The notes below the pieces were generated by a model, which did no database searches, was not told where the DNA came from, and saw only the letters and a list, made by a program, of their open reading frames with translations. DNA of 64,000 nt from an uncultured bacterium (lineage in GTDB: Bacteria > Krumholzibacteriota > Krumholzibacteriia > Krumholzibacteriales > Krumholzibacteriaceae). Positions 10,643-21,494 of the stretch are shown piece after piece; positions within the stretch are counted from its first letter, which is position 1; the number at the start of each line of letters is the position of its first letter. A program made the position numbers and the translations under genes. The stretch covers positions 3,475-67,474 of the forward strand of contig CAYWGA010000002.1 in assembly GCA_964457905.1 (NCBI GenBank), given 5' to 3'.

Positions 10643-13177
10643 ATGACGATAAGCAGGAATGAGATGTTCAGAAAGTGGGGGATCTTCCACAAGTCATACG
10701 ACGCAGCGGGGATCCTCAATGATTTCGCCAACCACATCGAATATTCCCGGTCAAAGGACCAGTTCACAGCCACACTCAAGGACCTCTATTTCTCCCTGGC
10801 CCTGACAGCCCGCGACAGGCTCGTCGAACAATGGATCAAGACGCAGCAGGTATACCACCAGAAAAACGTCAAGCGGGTCTATTACCTCTCCGCTGAATAC
10901 CTTATGGGCAGGGCGCTGGTAAACAACCTGATCAATCTCGACATCTACGGGCCCACGTGCGAGGCGATGGACAAGATCGATCTGGACATAGAAAGGCTGA
11001 TCGACCAGGAGCCCGATGCCGGCCTCGGCAACGGGGGCCTCGGACGGCTCGCCGCCTGCTTCCTCGATTCGCTGGCAACCCTGATGATTCCGGCTGTCGG
11101 ATACGGCATCCGCTACGAATACGGCATCTTCGAGCAGGAGATCAGGGACAACGCCCAACACGAGTGTCCCGACGAGTGGCTCAAGTACGGCAACCCGTGG
11201 GAGATCGAGCGGCCCGAGTATTCATTCGTAGTCAAGTTTTTCGGAAGGGTCGACGAGGAATGGGGGCCGGGCGGAAAAACGCTCAGGGAGTGGACCGACA
11301 CACAGGACATCATCGGAGTCGCGTACGATACACCTATCACCGGGTACGGAAATATCACCGTCAACACTCTGAGACTCTGGGCGGCGACCGCGACAACAGA
11401 GTTCAATCTCGACTATTTCCAGAACGGCGACTACCTCAAGGCTGTGGAGGAGAAAAACCTGTCGGAGAATATTTCGAAGGTCCTCTATCCAAACGACAGC
11501 ACGTTCGAAGGCCGGGAGCTGAGACTGATGCAGCAGTACTTCTTCGTCTCATGCTCGATCCAGGACATCATCAGAAGGTACCTGATCGATCACAAGAACT
11601 TCGACGAATTTCCCGACAAGGCGGCCATTCAGCTCAACGACACTCATCCCTCTCTCGCGATCGCCGAGCTGATGAGGCTGCTGATAGACGAACACAGGGT
11701 GAGCTGGGACAAGGCCTGGGACATCACGACAAAATCGTGCGCCTACACGAACCACACCCTGCTGCCAGAGGCACTCGAGGAATGGCCGGTGTCGATGTTC
11801 GAAAAGCTGCTCCCCCGCCACCTCCAGATCATACGCAGGATAGACGTGATGTTCCGCAAACGGGTCTCCCTGCGATACCCGGGCGACACCGCCAGGCTCG
11901 GGCGTGTATCGATAGTCACGGGCGACCCGAACGCCAAGGTGAGGATGGCCCATCTCGCAGTAGTGGGCACCCACTCGACTAATGGCGTCGCCGAACTGCA
12001 CACTAAGCTCCTGAAGAAATTCCTCCTCAAGGATTTCAATGAGATCTTTCCGGGCAGGATCAACAACAAGACTAACGGGATCACACCGAGACGATGGCTG
12101 CTGGCGGCAAACCCCGGACTCGCCTCACTGATAACAGAGAAGATCGGCAGCGGCTGGGTAACCGCCCTCGAACAACTGCGAAACATCGAGGAATACGCCG
12201 GCGACGAGGAATTCATGGAGAGATACGCCGCCGTCAAGAGCGCCAACAAGGAAAAGCTGACAAAACTCACCGGCAGTCTGACCGATTACACGATCGACCC
12301 CTCATCGATCTTCGACGTACAGATCAAACGTTTCCATGAGTACAAGAGACAGCTCCTCAACATCCTCCATGTCATGTACTCGTGGCTCAGGCTCAAGGAG
12401 GATCCCGCGTACACTCCATGCTCACGGACCTATATCTTTGCCGGAAAGGCCGCGCCGGACTATCTCATCTCAAAACTTGTGATCAGCCTCGTAAACCATG
12501 TCGCCGCGATGATAAACGACGACAGGGAAACGGGCGACCTGTTGAAAGTGATCTTTCTGCCGAACTACCGCGTGACGCTGGCAGAGGCGATCATTCCCGC
12601 GGCCGATGTTTCCGAGCAGATCTCGACAGCGGGGTACGAAGCGTCGGGAACGGGCAACATGAAGCTTGCTCTCAACGGGGCCCTGACCGTCGGTACTCTC
12701 GACGGAGCCAACATAGAGATCATGGAGGAAGTCGGAGAAGAAAATATCTTTATCTTCGGGATGAACGCCCAGGAGGCAAGAATAGCCGCGGCGGATTATG
12801 ATGCCCGGAAGTACCTCGCAAAAGATCCGATCCTGAAGAAAACACTGGAGCTTCTGCGAAACGGATTCTTCTCTCCGAAGCAGAAGGATCTCTTCCGCCC
12901 GCTGGTCGACGCAATAACGGGGGTCGACCGGTTCCTCGTCCTCGCCGATTTCGACTCGTACCGGCTGGCGCAGGAGCAGGTGTGCAGGGAGCACTCGGAC
13001 CCTGAGATGTGGAACAGGAAATCTCTTATCAATGTGGCACGATCAGGAAGGTTCTCCTCTGACAGGACGATCCTCGAGTACAACAAGGAGATCTGGGAGG
13101 CTGAACGCCTGATCATCCCCGCCGAGAAGATGGTGGCGACTTCGGCCGATCCGGCCTTCATCGACCGGGAGGACTGA
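10643..13177 (+). CDS. glgP: Glycogen/alpha-glucan phosphorylase
   Basis: 844 aa. PLP-lysine motif EASGTGNMKLALNGALTVGTLDGANIE. N-terminal LYFSLA...YYLSAEYLMGRAL typical of GT35. Confidence 0.9.
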   Translation: MTISRNEMFRKWGIFHKSYDAAGILNDFANHIEYSRSKDQFTATLKDLYFSLALTARDRLVEQWIKTQQVYHQKNVKRVYYLSAEYLMGRALVNNLINLDIYGPTCEAMDKIDLDIERLIDQEPDAGLGNGGLGRLAACFLDSLATLMIPAVGYGIRYEYGIFEQEIRDNAQHECPDEWLKYGNPWEIERPEYSFVVKFFGRVDEEWGPGGKTLREWTDTQDIIGVAYDTPITGYGNITVNTLRLWAATATTEFNLDYFQNGDYLKAVEEKNLSENISKVLYPNDSTFEGRELRLMQQYFFVSCSIQDIIRRYLIDHKNFDEFPDKAAIQLNDTHPSLAIAELMRLLIDEHRVSWDKAWDITTKSCAYTNHTLLPEALEEWPVSMFEKLLPRHLQIIRRIDVMFRKRVSLRYPGDTARLGRVSIVTGDPNAKVRMAHLAVVGTHSTNGVAELHTKLLKKFLLKDFNEIFPGRINNKTNGITPRRWLLAANPGLASLITEKIGSGWVTALEQLRNIEEYAGDEEFMERYAAVKSANKEKLTKLTGSLTDYTIDPSSIFDVQIKRFHEYKRQLLNILHVMYSWLRLKEDPAYTPCSRTYIFAGKAAPDYLISKLVISLVNHVAAMINDDRETGDLLKVIFLPNYRVTLAEAIIPAADVSEQISTAGYEASGTGNMKLALNGALTVGTLDGANIEIMEEVGEENIFIFGMNAQEARIAAADYDARKYLAKDPILKKTLELLRNGFFSPKQKDLFRPLVDAITGVDRFLVLADFDSYRLAQEQVCREHSDPEMWNRKSLINVARSGRFSSDRTILEYNKEIWEAERLIIPAEKMVATSADPAFIDRED

Positions 13178-14309
13178 CGACCCGGCCGTATAGAACAGGA
13201 TCGGTAATACCTTCCGTTGAAATCAGCAGCACATCAGGATCAGGTCCGAGACCCATCGATGCCAGGATGCTCCGCGTCTCCTCATCGCGCATAAGCGCGC
13301 CGACTCCCGCCAGTCCGGCCGATCCGGATTCGCCTGAGACGATCCCGTCAGCGGCGAGCATCCTCATCGCCTCGAACGCATCCTCGTTCTTAACCGATAC
13401 CATGCAATCTGCGCCGCCTCTTATCACCGGCCAGGCAAGACTCGAAAGGGTTCCGCAGTTAAGGCCGGCCATCACCGACCTGTGCGGCCCCGGAACCGTG
13501 ACGATCTCCCCCGCCCTGACCGATTCAAAACCACATGCAGCCTCGTCAGGCTCTACTCCGGATATCAGGGGCTGCCGTCCACACGGCTTCGACCGGAAAT
13601 GTTCTATGACAGCGGCGGCGAGACTCCCCACTCCGATCTGCACTGCCACGAGGCCGGGAGCATCTCCACCCGTGGAACCGAGCTGTTCTTCCATCTCCTC
13701 CATGATAGTCGCGTACCCGTCGACGATCCATGCCGGGATACGCTCGTATCCCGGCCACGACGTATCCTGGATGAGCCAGGTATCCTTAGCGGCCCGCGAT
13801 GCCGCTGCCTCGACCGCGTCATCGTAGTCGCCTCCGATCACTGTCACCCCGGCTCCCTCCGATTCCATTCCCTCGATCCGTGCAGCAGCGGTTCCCTCGG
13901 GAACGAAGACCTCCGCCTCTACTCCGAACCACGCGGCGACCCTGGCAACCCCTCTTCCGTGATTCCCGTCTGTCGCGGTTACGAGGCCGCGTGGAAGAAT
14001 GTCTCGACAGAGGTCCGCGAGTCGATCCAGGTCGTTCCACTCATCCTCGGCGAATCCTCGCCTGCGCTTCAGTTCCATGTAGAAAGCGAACGACGAGCCG
14101 AGGATCTTGAACGAGGGAAGCCCGAACCTGTCCGATTCGTCTTTCAGAAGGATGCTCCGGCAGCCAAGCATCTTAGCCGCGCTGACGGCGGACCTGAGAG
14201 GCGAAGGAGCGTATCCGGGGAGTTTGCGGTGGAACGAGATAGAAGAAGAGCCGGGGGACCGGATAATCTCCGGAACCCCGGCTCTGTCATTGACAATAAA
14301 TGCACTCAT
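13158..14309 (-). CDS. PLP-dependent fold-type II enzyme, diaminopropionate ammonia-lyase-like
   Basis: LKDESDRFGLPSFKILGSSFA resembles the DpaL/YgeX lysine motif (KDES-RFGL-AFK-LGG). Tryptophan-synthase-beta-like length (383 aa). Confidence 0.5.
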   Translation of the reverse strand: MSAFIVNDRAGVPEIIRSPGSSSISFHRKLPGYAPSPLRSAVSAAKMLGCRSILLKDESDRFGLPSFKILGSSFAFYMELKRRRGFAEDEWNDLDRLADLCRDILPRGLVTATDGNHGRGVARVAAWFGVEAEVFVPEGTAAARIEGMESEGAGVTVIGGDYDDAVEAAASRAAKDTWLIQDTSWPGYERIPAWIVDGYATIMEEMEEQLGSTGGDAPGLVAVQIGVGSLAAAVIEHFRSKPCGRQPLISGVEPDEAACGFESVRAGEIVTVPGPHRSVMAGLNCGTLSSLAWPVIRGGADCMVSVKNEDAFEAMRMLAADGIVSGESGSAGLAGVGALMRDEETRSILASMGLGPDPDVLLISTEGITDPVLYGRVVSPPGR

Positions 14310-14333
14310 CGTGCTCCCGCCGCGCGGGCCTGC

Positions 14334-15362
14334 CTACATACTCGGAGCGAAAGCCGAATCGGCATACTCGATCGAGGAGGCATCGCGCAGTGAGGTCATA
14401 TACGTGTTCATCTCGTCCTGCTTCTTCATGTCGGCGAGATAATCGATGATGCTGGCTTCCACTTCAGAGAAATCCGTGGTGCCGGCTTTTTCCTTTTCCG
14501 TGACCCTGATCACGTGATATCCGAACCTCGTCTCAACGACGGGACTGATCTGACCCACGTCGAGGGCGTATGCGGCATCTTCGAACGGCTTGACCATCTG
14601 GCCCCTGCCGAAGAAACCAAGGTCCCCACCCTTGTCTTTGCTCGGACAGTCTGAATTCGCCATGGCCAGCGCGGCCAAATCGGCGCCCGCTACGAGCTGG
14701 GCGTGAAGATCGTCGATCTTCGCCTTCTTCTGTTCGCGGGTGATCTCTGTATCTGTTTCCGCTACGGTGATCAGGATATGCGAGGCACGGACCCTCTCGG
14801 GTGTCGTGAATCTATCGGAATTCGAAGCATAGAATTCCTTCGCCTCTACCGCGGTCGGAGCGGTGATATCAGCGGTCTTGATATTGACCAGTTCCTCGAG
14901 CTTCATGCCGCGCTCGACTTCCACACGGAACTCGTCGACAGTCATGTTGCTCCTGCTCAGCTGAGCGATGAATGTCTCCTCATCGGGGAAGTTGGCCCTG
15001 ATCTCTTCGTACTTCGCGTCGACCTGATCGTCCGAAATCGCGATGTTTTCATTCTTCGCGGCCTCTGTGAGCAGAGCCCTGTTCACGAGGTTGGCAACGG
15101 CCTGCTGCTTGAGCATCGGCTCCATCGAGCCAAGCTGCTCTGCGCTGACTCTGCCGGCCATCTGCTGCTTGAGCATCGCCAGTTCCTGGGAGAGTTCCTT
15201 TTCTCCGATGACGACACCGTTTACCTTAGCTATGTAACCTGCCCCGTCTCCCATGGGAGTGTCCATGCTTTCACTGCTCTCTTTCTTCTCGTCGCCCCCG
15301 CACCCGGCAATGGCAGCCACCATGACAAAAAGCAGGATAAACGCGATCTTCGTTCTTAACAT
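14334..15362 (-). CDS. Parvulin-type peptidyl-prolyl isomerase lipoprotein (SurA/PrsA-like)
   Basis: Lipobox AIAGCGG after signal peptide. C-terminal parvulin motif FGYHVIRV. Start moved to the ATG (MLRTKIAF...) preceded by GGAGG; the upstream extension in the track lacks an RBS. Confidence 0.7.
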   Translation of the reverse strand: MLRTKIAFILLFVMVAAIAGCGGDEKKESSESMDTPMGDGAGYIAKVNGVVIGEKELSQELAMLKQQMAGRVSAEQLGSMEPMLKQQAVANLVNRALLTEAAKNENIAISDDQVDAKYEEIRANFPDEETFIAQLSRSNMTVDEFRVEVERGMKLEELVNIKTADITAPTAVEAKEFYASNSDRFTTPERVRASHILITVAETDTEITREQKKAKIDDLHAQLVAGADLAALAMANSDCPSKDKGGDLGFFGRGQMVKPFEDAAYALDVGQISPVVETRFGYHVIRVTEKEKAGTTDFSEVEASIIDYLADMKKQDEMNTYMTSLRDASSIEYADSAFAPSM

Positions 15363-15596
15363 CGGATGGTTCCTCCCTCCGATAGAATAAATGCGGCGGT
15401 CCTCCCCGGCAGCAAGGCCGGGCGCTCGACACGAGAGCTCAACAGCCTGTACGGGAATTTTTTCTGGGTACCGCCTGATGCCCTTCCCCGCCATTCTTGC
15501 TGCGGAGCGGGCTGGTTCCCTGCAAATTAGCACCTGAACGGTCAAAAATCAATCACTGTGATTGAATCGGCCCGTCATTTGTAGGAATATGGGGAT

Positions 15597-15875
15597 ATGG
15601 AGGATGAATTCGGCCCTGTAGAACTGCCCATCGACGGAATCCTGGACCTTCATGCGTTCGATCCGTCCGATGCGAAGGAGCTCGTTACGCATTACCTCGA
15701 GGAATGCCGGGCCCGCGGCATATTCGAGGTGAGGATAATCCACGGAAAAGGAACCGGAGCGATGCGTGAGACCGTTCACGCCCTTCTGGCAAAACTCCCC
15801 TTCGTTATGTCATACAGGCTCGCTGGCGAGGATGAAGGCGGCTGGGGAGCGACACTCGCCTCTCTCAATCCCTGA
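15597..15875 (+). CDS. Smr domain protein
   Basis: LDLHAF...ELVTHYLEECRARGIFEVRIIHGKGTGAMRETV is the Smr (MutS2 C-terminal) nicking-domain signature. Confidence 0.65.
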   Translation: MEDEFGPVELPIDGILDLHAFDPSDAKELVTHYLEECRARGIFEVRIIHGKGTGAMRETVHALLAKLPFVMSYRLAGEDEGGWGATLASLNP

Positions 15876-16359
15876 AATCAGATGCTCCTTCGAGTTCCAG
15901 CAGCTTTCTCTTCAGTCCGATTCCACCCCCGAAACCGGTCAGCCTGCCGTCTGCCCCGATGACCCTGTGACATGGCACTATAATAGATATCGGATTCTCG
16001 CCGTTCGCGCCTCCGACGGCCCTGGAAGCCTTTGAATTGCCTATCCTCCGCGCCTGCTCCCCGTACGATATAGTCTTTCCGTAAGGGATGCGCCGAAGCT
16101 GCCGCCATGCGGCAAGCTGGAAAGGAGTGCCCTCCGGCGATAGCTTCAGGTCGAATTTCTTTCTCTTCCCGCTGAAATACTCCTTCAGCTGTTTCTTCAC
16201 CTCAACGAACTGCTTGTCCGACTTCTCCCACAACGGACCGGGAAATCCCTTCCGCGGCCTGCGGAAAAGGACGTCGGTCAGCTTCCCGTCCCATCCGGCG
16301 ATAAAGAGTTCTCCGAAGGGGGTCTTCATCGTGGTCCAGTATTTTTTCTTTTCTTTCAT
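15865..16359 (-). CDS. ogt: Methylated-DNA-protein-cysteine methyltransferase
   Basis: Active-site IIVPCHRVIGADG and the helix-turn-helix preceding it. 164 aa. Confidence 0.85.
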   Translation of the reverse strand: MKEKKKYWTTMKTPFGELFIAGWDGKLTDVLFRRPRKGFPGPLWEKSDKQFVEVKKQLKEYFSGKRKKFDLKLSPEGTPFQLAAWRQLRRIPYGKTISYGEQARRIGNSKASRAVGGANGENPISIIVPCHRVIGADGRLTGFGGGIGLKRKLLELEGASDFRD

Positions 16360-16464
16360 GGTCCTCTCCGTTCCTGATATGTCAGCATCTCTCCCGGTAT
16401 TGTATACCCCCTACCTTTCAAAATCACTTCTTTAACAGCGGTTCGGCGGTTACAATCGCCTGAT

Positions 16465-18291
16465 ATGAAACTCAGGACCGGCATATACACTTTCGTGATC
16501 CTTTTCCTCCTGACAGGAACGGCCGCGGGCCAGTTCACAAAGGAGATACCGGACACGATTTCGTCTTCAAGCAACGAGAAGATGGATTCGCTGCAGAGCC
16601 AGGTCGCGAGAAACTCACTCGGCAAGCTTCTTAACGACTATGTATTTGTAACGAGGATGGATACGGCAAGCGTCGGCCGTGGAGCGGAAAAGAGTGAGGA
16701 TCCATTCGTTCCGTTCGTAGGCCGGTTCATCCGCCATGTCGAGATATACAGGTTCAACATCTTCAGTGACATCGAAGCCACAACGGACAATTCCGATTCC
16801 CCGGGATTTGTCAGGGCGCTCGAGTGGATCCATGTCGATACAAGGATCAACAAGATCGCCGGGTTCCTCCTCTTCGAGGAAGGCGATCCCGTCGATCCGT
16901 ACGCCTTGTCTGACTCGGAACGCCTACTCAGGGAGACCTCGTTTATTCAGGATGCACGAGTCAATATCATCCCCGTTGAGGGGAGCCCCGACTCGGTCGA
17001 CGTCCGGGTCCTGACAAGGGATGTCTGGTCGATAGGCGCAAGCTACACCTGGATCACCGAGGACCGGCACAGGGTCAAGTTTTACGAGAGAAACCTGGGT
17101 GGATACGGTCAGACCATCCAGTGGGAAGGTTCGCTCGACTTCAGCAGGACGAGGTACATCGACCATAGTCTCTACTACGGCGCTCCAAATATATATGGAA
17201 CATTCATCGACGGGTCGGCGAGGTGGGTCGACGCTGTTGCCTACAGGTACAACGAATGGGCACTCAGGCGAGGATATGTCTCACCTGAGATCAAATGGAT
17301 AGGCGCAGTATCGATAGAAGGAATGGACGACGTCGACGAGAATCCAGGGAAGATAAAGAAATGGGACCGCGAGGATTTCTGGATCGGCCGGTCCATCCGC
17401 ATCGGCAAGGGTTATACCGAAGAGGGAAGCAGAAGGAGGGTGATCCCGGCCATCAGGGTCCAGAGGACGGACTATCATGTGCGTCCCACAGTCAGCGCTG
17501 ACCTGAACCGCAGTTATCATGACAGGGTGTTGTATCTTGCCAGCCTTTCGTTTACCGAACGCTCTTTCCGGAAGATGAGGATGGTCTTCAGCTTCGGAAG
17601 GACGGAGGATATACCTTACGGGGCACTCGCCACAGTCACAGGTGGAACGAGTGATTCCGAGTTCTACAACAGGCCTTATCTCTCATTCGACCTCGCATAT
17701 TCCAGTTTCGTTGGAAGTTCGGGGTACCTTGCCGCGAGGGGAGCCCTTGGCAGCTACAAGAGGAACGGCCGGACCGAGGACGGGACACTTTCCCTGAACT
17801 TCGGCGGTTTTACCAGCCTGCTGCCCGCCTGGCGCGCGATGGCGAGGCATTTCTTTGTCATAGACTACATCTACGGGTATAACAGGCTCCCGAACAACGA
17901 TGTCGCTCTGGAATGGCCGAGAGGGGAACTGAGGGGGCTGTCCAACACGGGTGTCGAGGGCCATCAGCGGCTTACGATCAGCTGGGAGGGCATCCTCTTC
18001 GCCGACTGGGACTGGTACGGGTTCAGGTTCGCCTCGTTCGGATATGCTGAAGCTGGACAGTGCGGCCCGAACTGGGACTCGTTCCTCGACGCGAAGTATT
18101 ACTTCAGCCTCGGCGGCGGATTCAGGGTGCATAACGAAAGGCTGATCTTCGACGCCTACGAGGTGCGGTTCATGTACCATCCTGTCGTACCCGAAGGAGC
18201 GGACACGCAGGTTTTCAGGTTTGAGGCGGTCAAAAACCTCAGGATCCCCTTCCTCTCCCCCGGCGCTCCGAGGGTCCTCAAGTACGAATAA
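16465..18291 (+). CDS. Hypothetical secreted protein (608 aa)
   Basis: Signal peptide MKLRTGIYTFVILFLLTGTAAGQ. No recognisable catalytic motifs. Confidence 0.4.
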   Translation: MKLRTGIYTFVILFLLTGTAAGQFTKEIPDTISSSSNEKMDSLQSQVARNSLGKLLNDYVFVTRMDTASVGRGAEKSEDPFVPFVGRFIRHVEIYRFNIFSDIEATTDNSDSPGFVRALEWIHVDTRINKIAGFLLFEEGDPVDPYALSDSERLLRETSFIQDARVNIIPVEGSPDSVDVRVLTRDVWSIGASYTWITEDRHRVKFYERNLGGYGQTIQWEGSLDFSRTRYIDHSLYYGAPNIYGTFIDGSARWVDAVAYRYNEWALRRGYVSPEIKWIGAVSIEGMDDVDENPGKIKKWDREDFWIGRSIRIGKGYTEEGSRRRVIPAIRVQRTDYHVRPTVSADLNRSYHDRVLYLASLSFTERSFRKMRMVFSFGRTEDIPYGALATVTGGTSDSEFYNRPYLSFDLAYSSFVGSSGYLAARGALGSYKRNGRTEDGTLSLNFGGFTSLLPAWRAMARHFFVIDYIYGYNRLPNNDVALEWPRGELRGLSNTGVEGHQRLTISWEGILFADWDWYGFRFASFGYAEAGQCGPNWDSFLDAKYYFSLGGGFRVHNERLIFDAYEVRFMYHPVVPEGADTQVFRFEAVKNLRIPFLSPGAPRVLKYE

Positions 18292-18323
18292 TGCCGGAAT
18301 CTGACCCCGCATAAAATTTTTTC

Positions 18324-18352
18324 TTGACTTACTGTGCAACACACAGTATTAT
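18324..18352 (+). promoter_or_regulatory. Sigma-70 promoter TTGACT-N17-TATTAT with embedded inverted repeat TACTGTG-N5-CACAGTA (candidate PadR operator)
   Basis: Exact consensus -35 and near-consensus -10 with 17-nt spacer, 13 nt upstream of padR start. The 7-bp inverted-repeat arms occupy the spacer. Confidence 0.5.
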
Positions 18353-18364
18353 GTATCACACAAT

Positions 18365-18703
18365 ATGACGAAGAAAGACGGCATAACCGCGGGAAGCATC
18401 ACACATGAGCTCAGAAGAGGGGCTCTCGTGCTTGCGATCCTCAGCCAGCTTGCAGAGGAACACTACGGATATTCCCTGAGGGAAAGTCTCGCGGCAAAAG
18501 GACTGGATATCAACGAGGGGACTCTTTACCCCCTCCTTCGCCGTCTCGAAGCACAGGGGCTGCTGAAAAGCAACTGGAAGGTCGAAGGCAGCAGGCCGCG
18601 GCGGTATTACGTTATATCCGCAAAGGGCCGGAAGACACTCGCCGAGGTCACAAAGGAATGGAACGAGCTAGGCGACGTGATGAAGCGCCTGCTGTCAAAG
18701 TAA
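18365..18703 (+). CDS. PadR-family transcriptional regulator
   Basis: HYGYSLRESL...GTLYPLLRRLEAQGLLKSNW...RRYYVISAKG is a winged-helix PadR signature. Confidence 0.8.
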   Translation: MTKKDGITAGSITHELRRGALVLAILSQLAEEHYGYSLRESLAAKGLDINEGTLYPLLRRLEAQGLLKSNWKVEGSRPRRYYVISAKGRKTLAEVTKEWNELGDVMKRLLSK

Positions 18704-18715
18704 AAGGAGAATGAG

Positions 18716-19717
18716 ATGGAACTGGTAGACAGGTATGTACTCGAAGTCAGGCGGCACCTCCCCCGCGACATCAGGGACGACGTCGCAAGGGAGATAGGCT
18801 CATCGATAGATGACGCGATTGATGCGAGGATAAAGGAAACTGGCTGTTCGCCAGACGAAGCGGCCTCGGAAGTACTGAAGGAATTCGGGCCGCCGAAAGA
18901 GATCGCCGGTTCATACCTCTCCCCTGGCCTCTGCCTGATAGGCCCCCGGCTCTACAGGCCCTATCTCAGGACGCTGAAGATCGCGATCATCGGTGCCTAC
19001 TCGATAATGATCGTCTTTATCCTGACCTACCTGATCTCGGGAAACGTCGGCCCCGAGCTGTTCCTCAAGTCCGTACTCAGCGCTACAGGGCGGTTCCCGT
19101 TCAGGGCCCTGATCATATTCGGGCTCGTCACGGCAGTTTTCGCGCTTGTCGAACGCTTCGGCTCACCGCGAGCTTCAGCGGAAAAAGAATGGGATCCCGA
19201 AAACCTGCCCCTTGCCGCGGATGTAAAGCGGGTCAACAGGGCCGGACTGATCGTCCACAGTTTCATCCTCGCCGGGCTCCTTCTTCTCTTCAATTTCGCA
19301 TGGCAGTGGATCGGCGTGATCAACAACTACGGCGGCCAGTGGATATTCGTGCCGCTCGCCGGCGGAGGCTTCCTGAGGATGCTCGTATGGATCGACTTCT
19401 ACCTGATCCTGGCCCTCGCGCTCAACTTCATCGTCCTGCGAAGCAACACATGGCACATCGCGGCGAGAATATTCCGCCTCGCCCTGACCGTGATACTCGG
19501 AATCCTGCTCTACCGGCTCGCCACGACACCTGATCTCACCGGGATGTTGCCCGGATGGCATGCTGGCCCAATCGTTCCACGCGAGTACCCCGAACTGTTC
19601 GAGACAGCCGTCTACCCCATGGTTGCGAAAGGGGTCAGGGCACTCCTGCTGGTAGCGATAATCCCTGTCATAGTCAACGTGGTCCGTCAGACCGTCAAGC
19701 TGCTGAGGAACCGCTGA
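18716..19717 (+). CDS. PadR-associated membrane protein (DUF1700/HAAS-like N-terminus plus multiple TM helices)
   Basis: N-terminal YVLEVRRHLPRDIRDDVAREIGSSIDDAIDARIKE helix typical of partners of PadR regulators, followed by 5-6 hydrophobic segments. Confidence 0.5.
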   Translation: MELVDRYVLEVRRHLPRDIRDDVAREIGSSIDDAIDARIKETGCSPDEAASEVLKEFGPPKEIAGSYLSPGLCLIGPRLYRPYLRTLKIAIIGAYSIMIVFILTYLISGNVGPELFLKSVLSATGRFPFRALIIFGLVTAVFALVERFGSPRASAEKEWDPENLPLAADVKRVNRAGLIVHSFILAGLLLLFNFAWQWIGVINNYGGQWIFVPLAGGGFLRMLVWIDFYLILALALNFIVLRSNTWHIAARIFRLALTVILGILLYRLATTPDLTGMLPGWHAGPIVPREYPELFETAVYPMVAKGVRALLLVAIIPVIVNVVRQTVKLLRNR

Positions 19718-19768
19718 ACGCAGTCGAAACAGGTGGATTTCAGGCCCGTTTTCGATTAACATTCTCCA

Positions 19769-21484
19769 ATGAATGAAAACAATGCAAATACGCCGGAGAC
19801 CGGCGGAGGGGAAACCCGCTCCGTCGATTTTATCAGAGCGATAATCGAGGATGATATCAGGACCGGGGAGCATGACGGACGGGTACATACAAGGTTCCCG
19901 CCCGAGCCGAACGGGTACCTGCACATAGGACACGCCAAATCGATATGCCTCAACTTCGGCATCGCCCAGCAGTACAAGGGCCTCTGCAACCTGAGGTTCG
20001 ACGACACGAACCCGAGCAAAGAGGACGTCGAATATGTCGACTCGATAAAAGAGGACGTCAAATGGCTCGGCTTCTCCTGGGACGACCGCGAGTACTACGC
20101 ATCGGATTACTTCGAGCAGCTCTACGAGTTCGCGATCCAGCTGATAAATGACGGCAAGGCGTTCGTCTGCGACCTGACCGCCGAAGAGGTCCGCAAAACG
20201 CGCGGAACACTGACCGAGCCGGGCACCGAGAGTCCTTTCCGCAAACGCGGCATCGAGGAAAATCTCGACCTGTTCAAACGGATGCGCGCCGGCGAATTCG
20301 AGAACGGATCGAGGACCCTCCGCGCGAAGATCGACATGGCGTCGGGGAACATCAACATGCGCGACCCGGTGATGTACCGCATCCTGCGCGCGACTCATCA
20401 CCGCACAGGCGACGACTGGTGCATCTACCCGATGTACGACTGGGCCCATGGATGCAGCGACTCGATCGAGAAGATCACCTATTCGATCTGCACACTCGAG
20501 TTCGAGGCTCACCGCCCCCTCTATGACTGGTACCTCCGCGAGCTCGGGATATTCCCCTCGCGTCAGATAGAATTCGCCAGGCTCAACCTGACATATACGA
20601 TCATGAGCAAGCGCAAGCTCCTGATGCTCGTCGAAGAAGGCAAGGTCTCCGGTTGGAACGATCCCCTGATGCCTACGATCTCGGGGCTTCGCCGCCGTGG
20701 ATATACGCCGGAGGCGATAAGGAACTTCGCCGCCACGATAGGCGTCGCCAAGAAAGACAACAGAGTCTCGATCGACCTTCTCGACCACTGCCTCCGTGAG
20801 GATCTAAACAAGAGGGCCCCGCGATTCATGGGAGTGCTGAATCCGCTCAAGGTCGTCATCGAGAACTACCCCGAGGGTCAGGAAGAAGCGCTCGAGGCGA
20901 TAAACAACCCCGAGGACGAGACGATGGGCACGAGGATGCTCCCCTTCTCCCGCGAGATCTATATCGAGCGCGAGGATTTCATGGAGGATCCGCCCCGCAA
21001 GTTCTTCCGCCTCGCCCCCGGCCGCGAGGTAAGACTCAAACATGCCTACTTCATCACCTGCAACGAGGCGATAAAGGACGAAAAAGGCGAGGTCACCGAG
21101 CTGCGCTGCACATACGACCCCGAAACGAAGGGCGGCGACGCCCCCGACGGAAGAAAGGTCAAGGGGACCCTCCACTGGGTCTCGGCCCGCCACGCCGCCG
21201 ACGCGACGATACGCCTCTACGGCCGGCTCTTCACGCAGGAGAATCCCGACGACACGGCGGAGGGTGAGACTTTCATGGATCACATCAATCCCGACGCCCT
21301 CGAGGAGCTGACAGGCTGCAAGGTCGAGCCTTCGCTGAAGGAATCGGTCCCCGGCAAGCACTTCCAGTTCTTCAGGCACGGTTATTTCTGCGAGGATATT
21401 GATTCGACGGCAGGCACCCTCATCTTCAACCGCACCGTCCCTCTACGGGACAGATGGGCGAAGATCAAGAAGAAGCAGGGGTGA
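19769..21484 (+). CDS. glnS: Glutaminyl-tRNA synthetase
   Basis: HIGH motif ([14 protein letters not shown]), KMSKS-like IMSKRKL, 571 aa class I architecture. Confidence 0.9.
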   Translation: MNENNANTPETGGGETRSVDFIRAIIEDDIRTGEHDGRVHTRFPPEPNGYLHIGHAKSICLNFGIAQQYKGLCNLRFDDTNPSKEDVEYVDSIKEDVKWLGFSWDDREYYASDYFEQLYEFAIQLINDGKAFVCDLTAEEVRKTRGTLTEPGTESPFRKRGIEENLDLFKRMRAGEFENGSRTLRAKIDMASGNINMRDPVMYRILRATHHRTGDDWCIYPMYDWAHGCSDSIEKITYSICTLEFEAHRPLYDWYLRELGIFPSRQIEFARLNLTYTIMSKRKLLMLVEEGKVSGWNDPLMPTISGLRRRGYTPEAIRNFAATIGVAKKDNRVSIDLLDHCLREDLNKRAPRFMGVLNPLKVVIENYPEGQEEALEAINNPEDETMGTRMLPFSREIYIEREDFMEDPPRKFFRLAPGREVRLKHAYFITCNEAIKDEKGEVTELRCTYDPETKGGDAPDGRKVKGTLHWVSARHAADATIRLYGRLFTQENPDDTAEGETFMDHINPDALEELTGCKVEPSLKESVPGKHFQFFRHGYFCEDIDSTAGTLIFNRTVPLRDRWAKIKKKQG

Positions 21485-21494
21485 TCCCGTAGTC

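Noticed and set aside
10957-11982. 341-aa Arg-rich ORF inside glgP in another frame
   Set aside because: The same strand and region are fully explained by glycogen phosphorylase. The extreme Arg/Gly/Pro content is diagnostic of an off-frame GC-rich read-through.
19175-20788. 537-aa ORF antisense to glnS and the PadR-partner gene
   Set aside because: It overlaps two well-supported plus-strand genes and is Arg/Ala/Gly/Val-rich with no motifs. A high-GC artefact.
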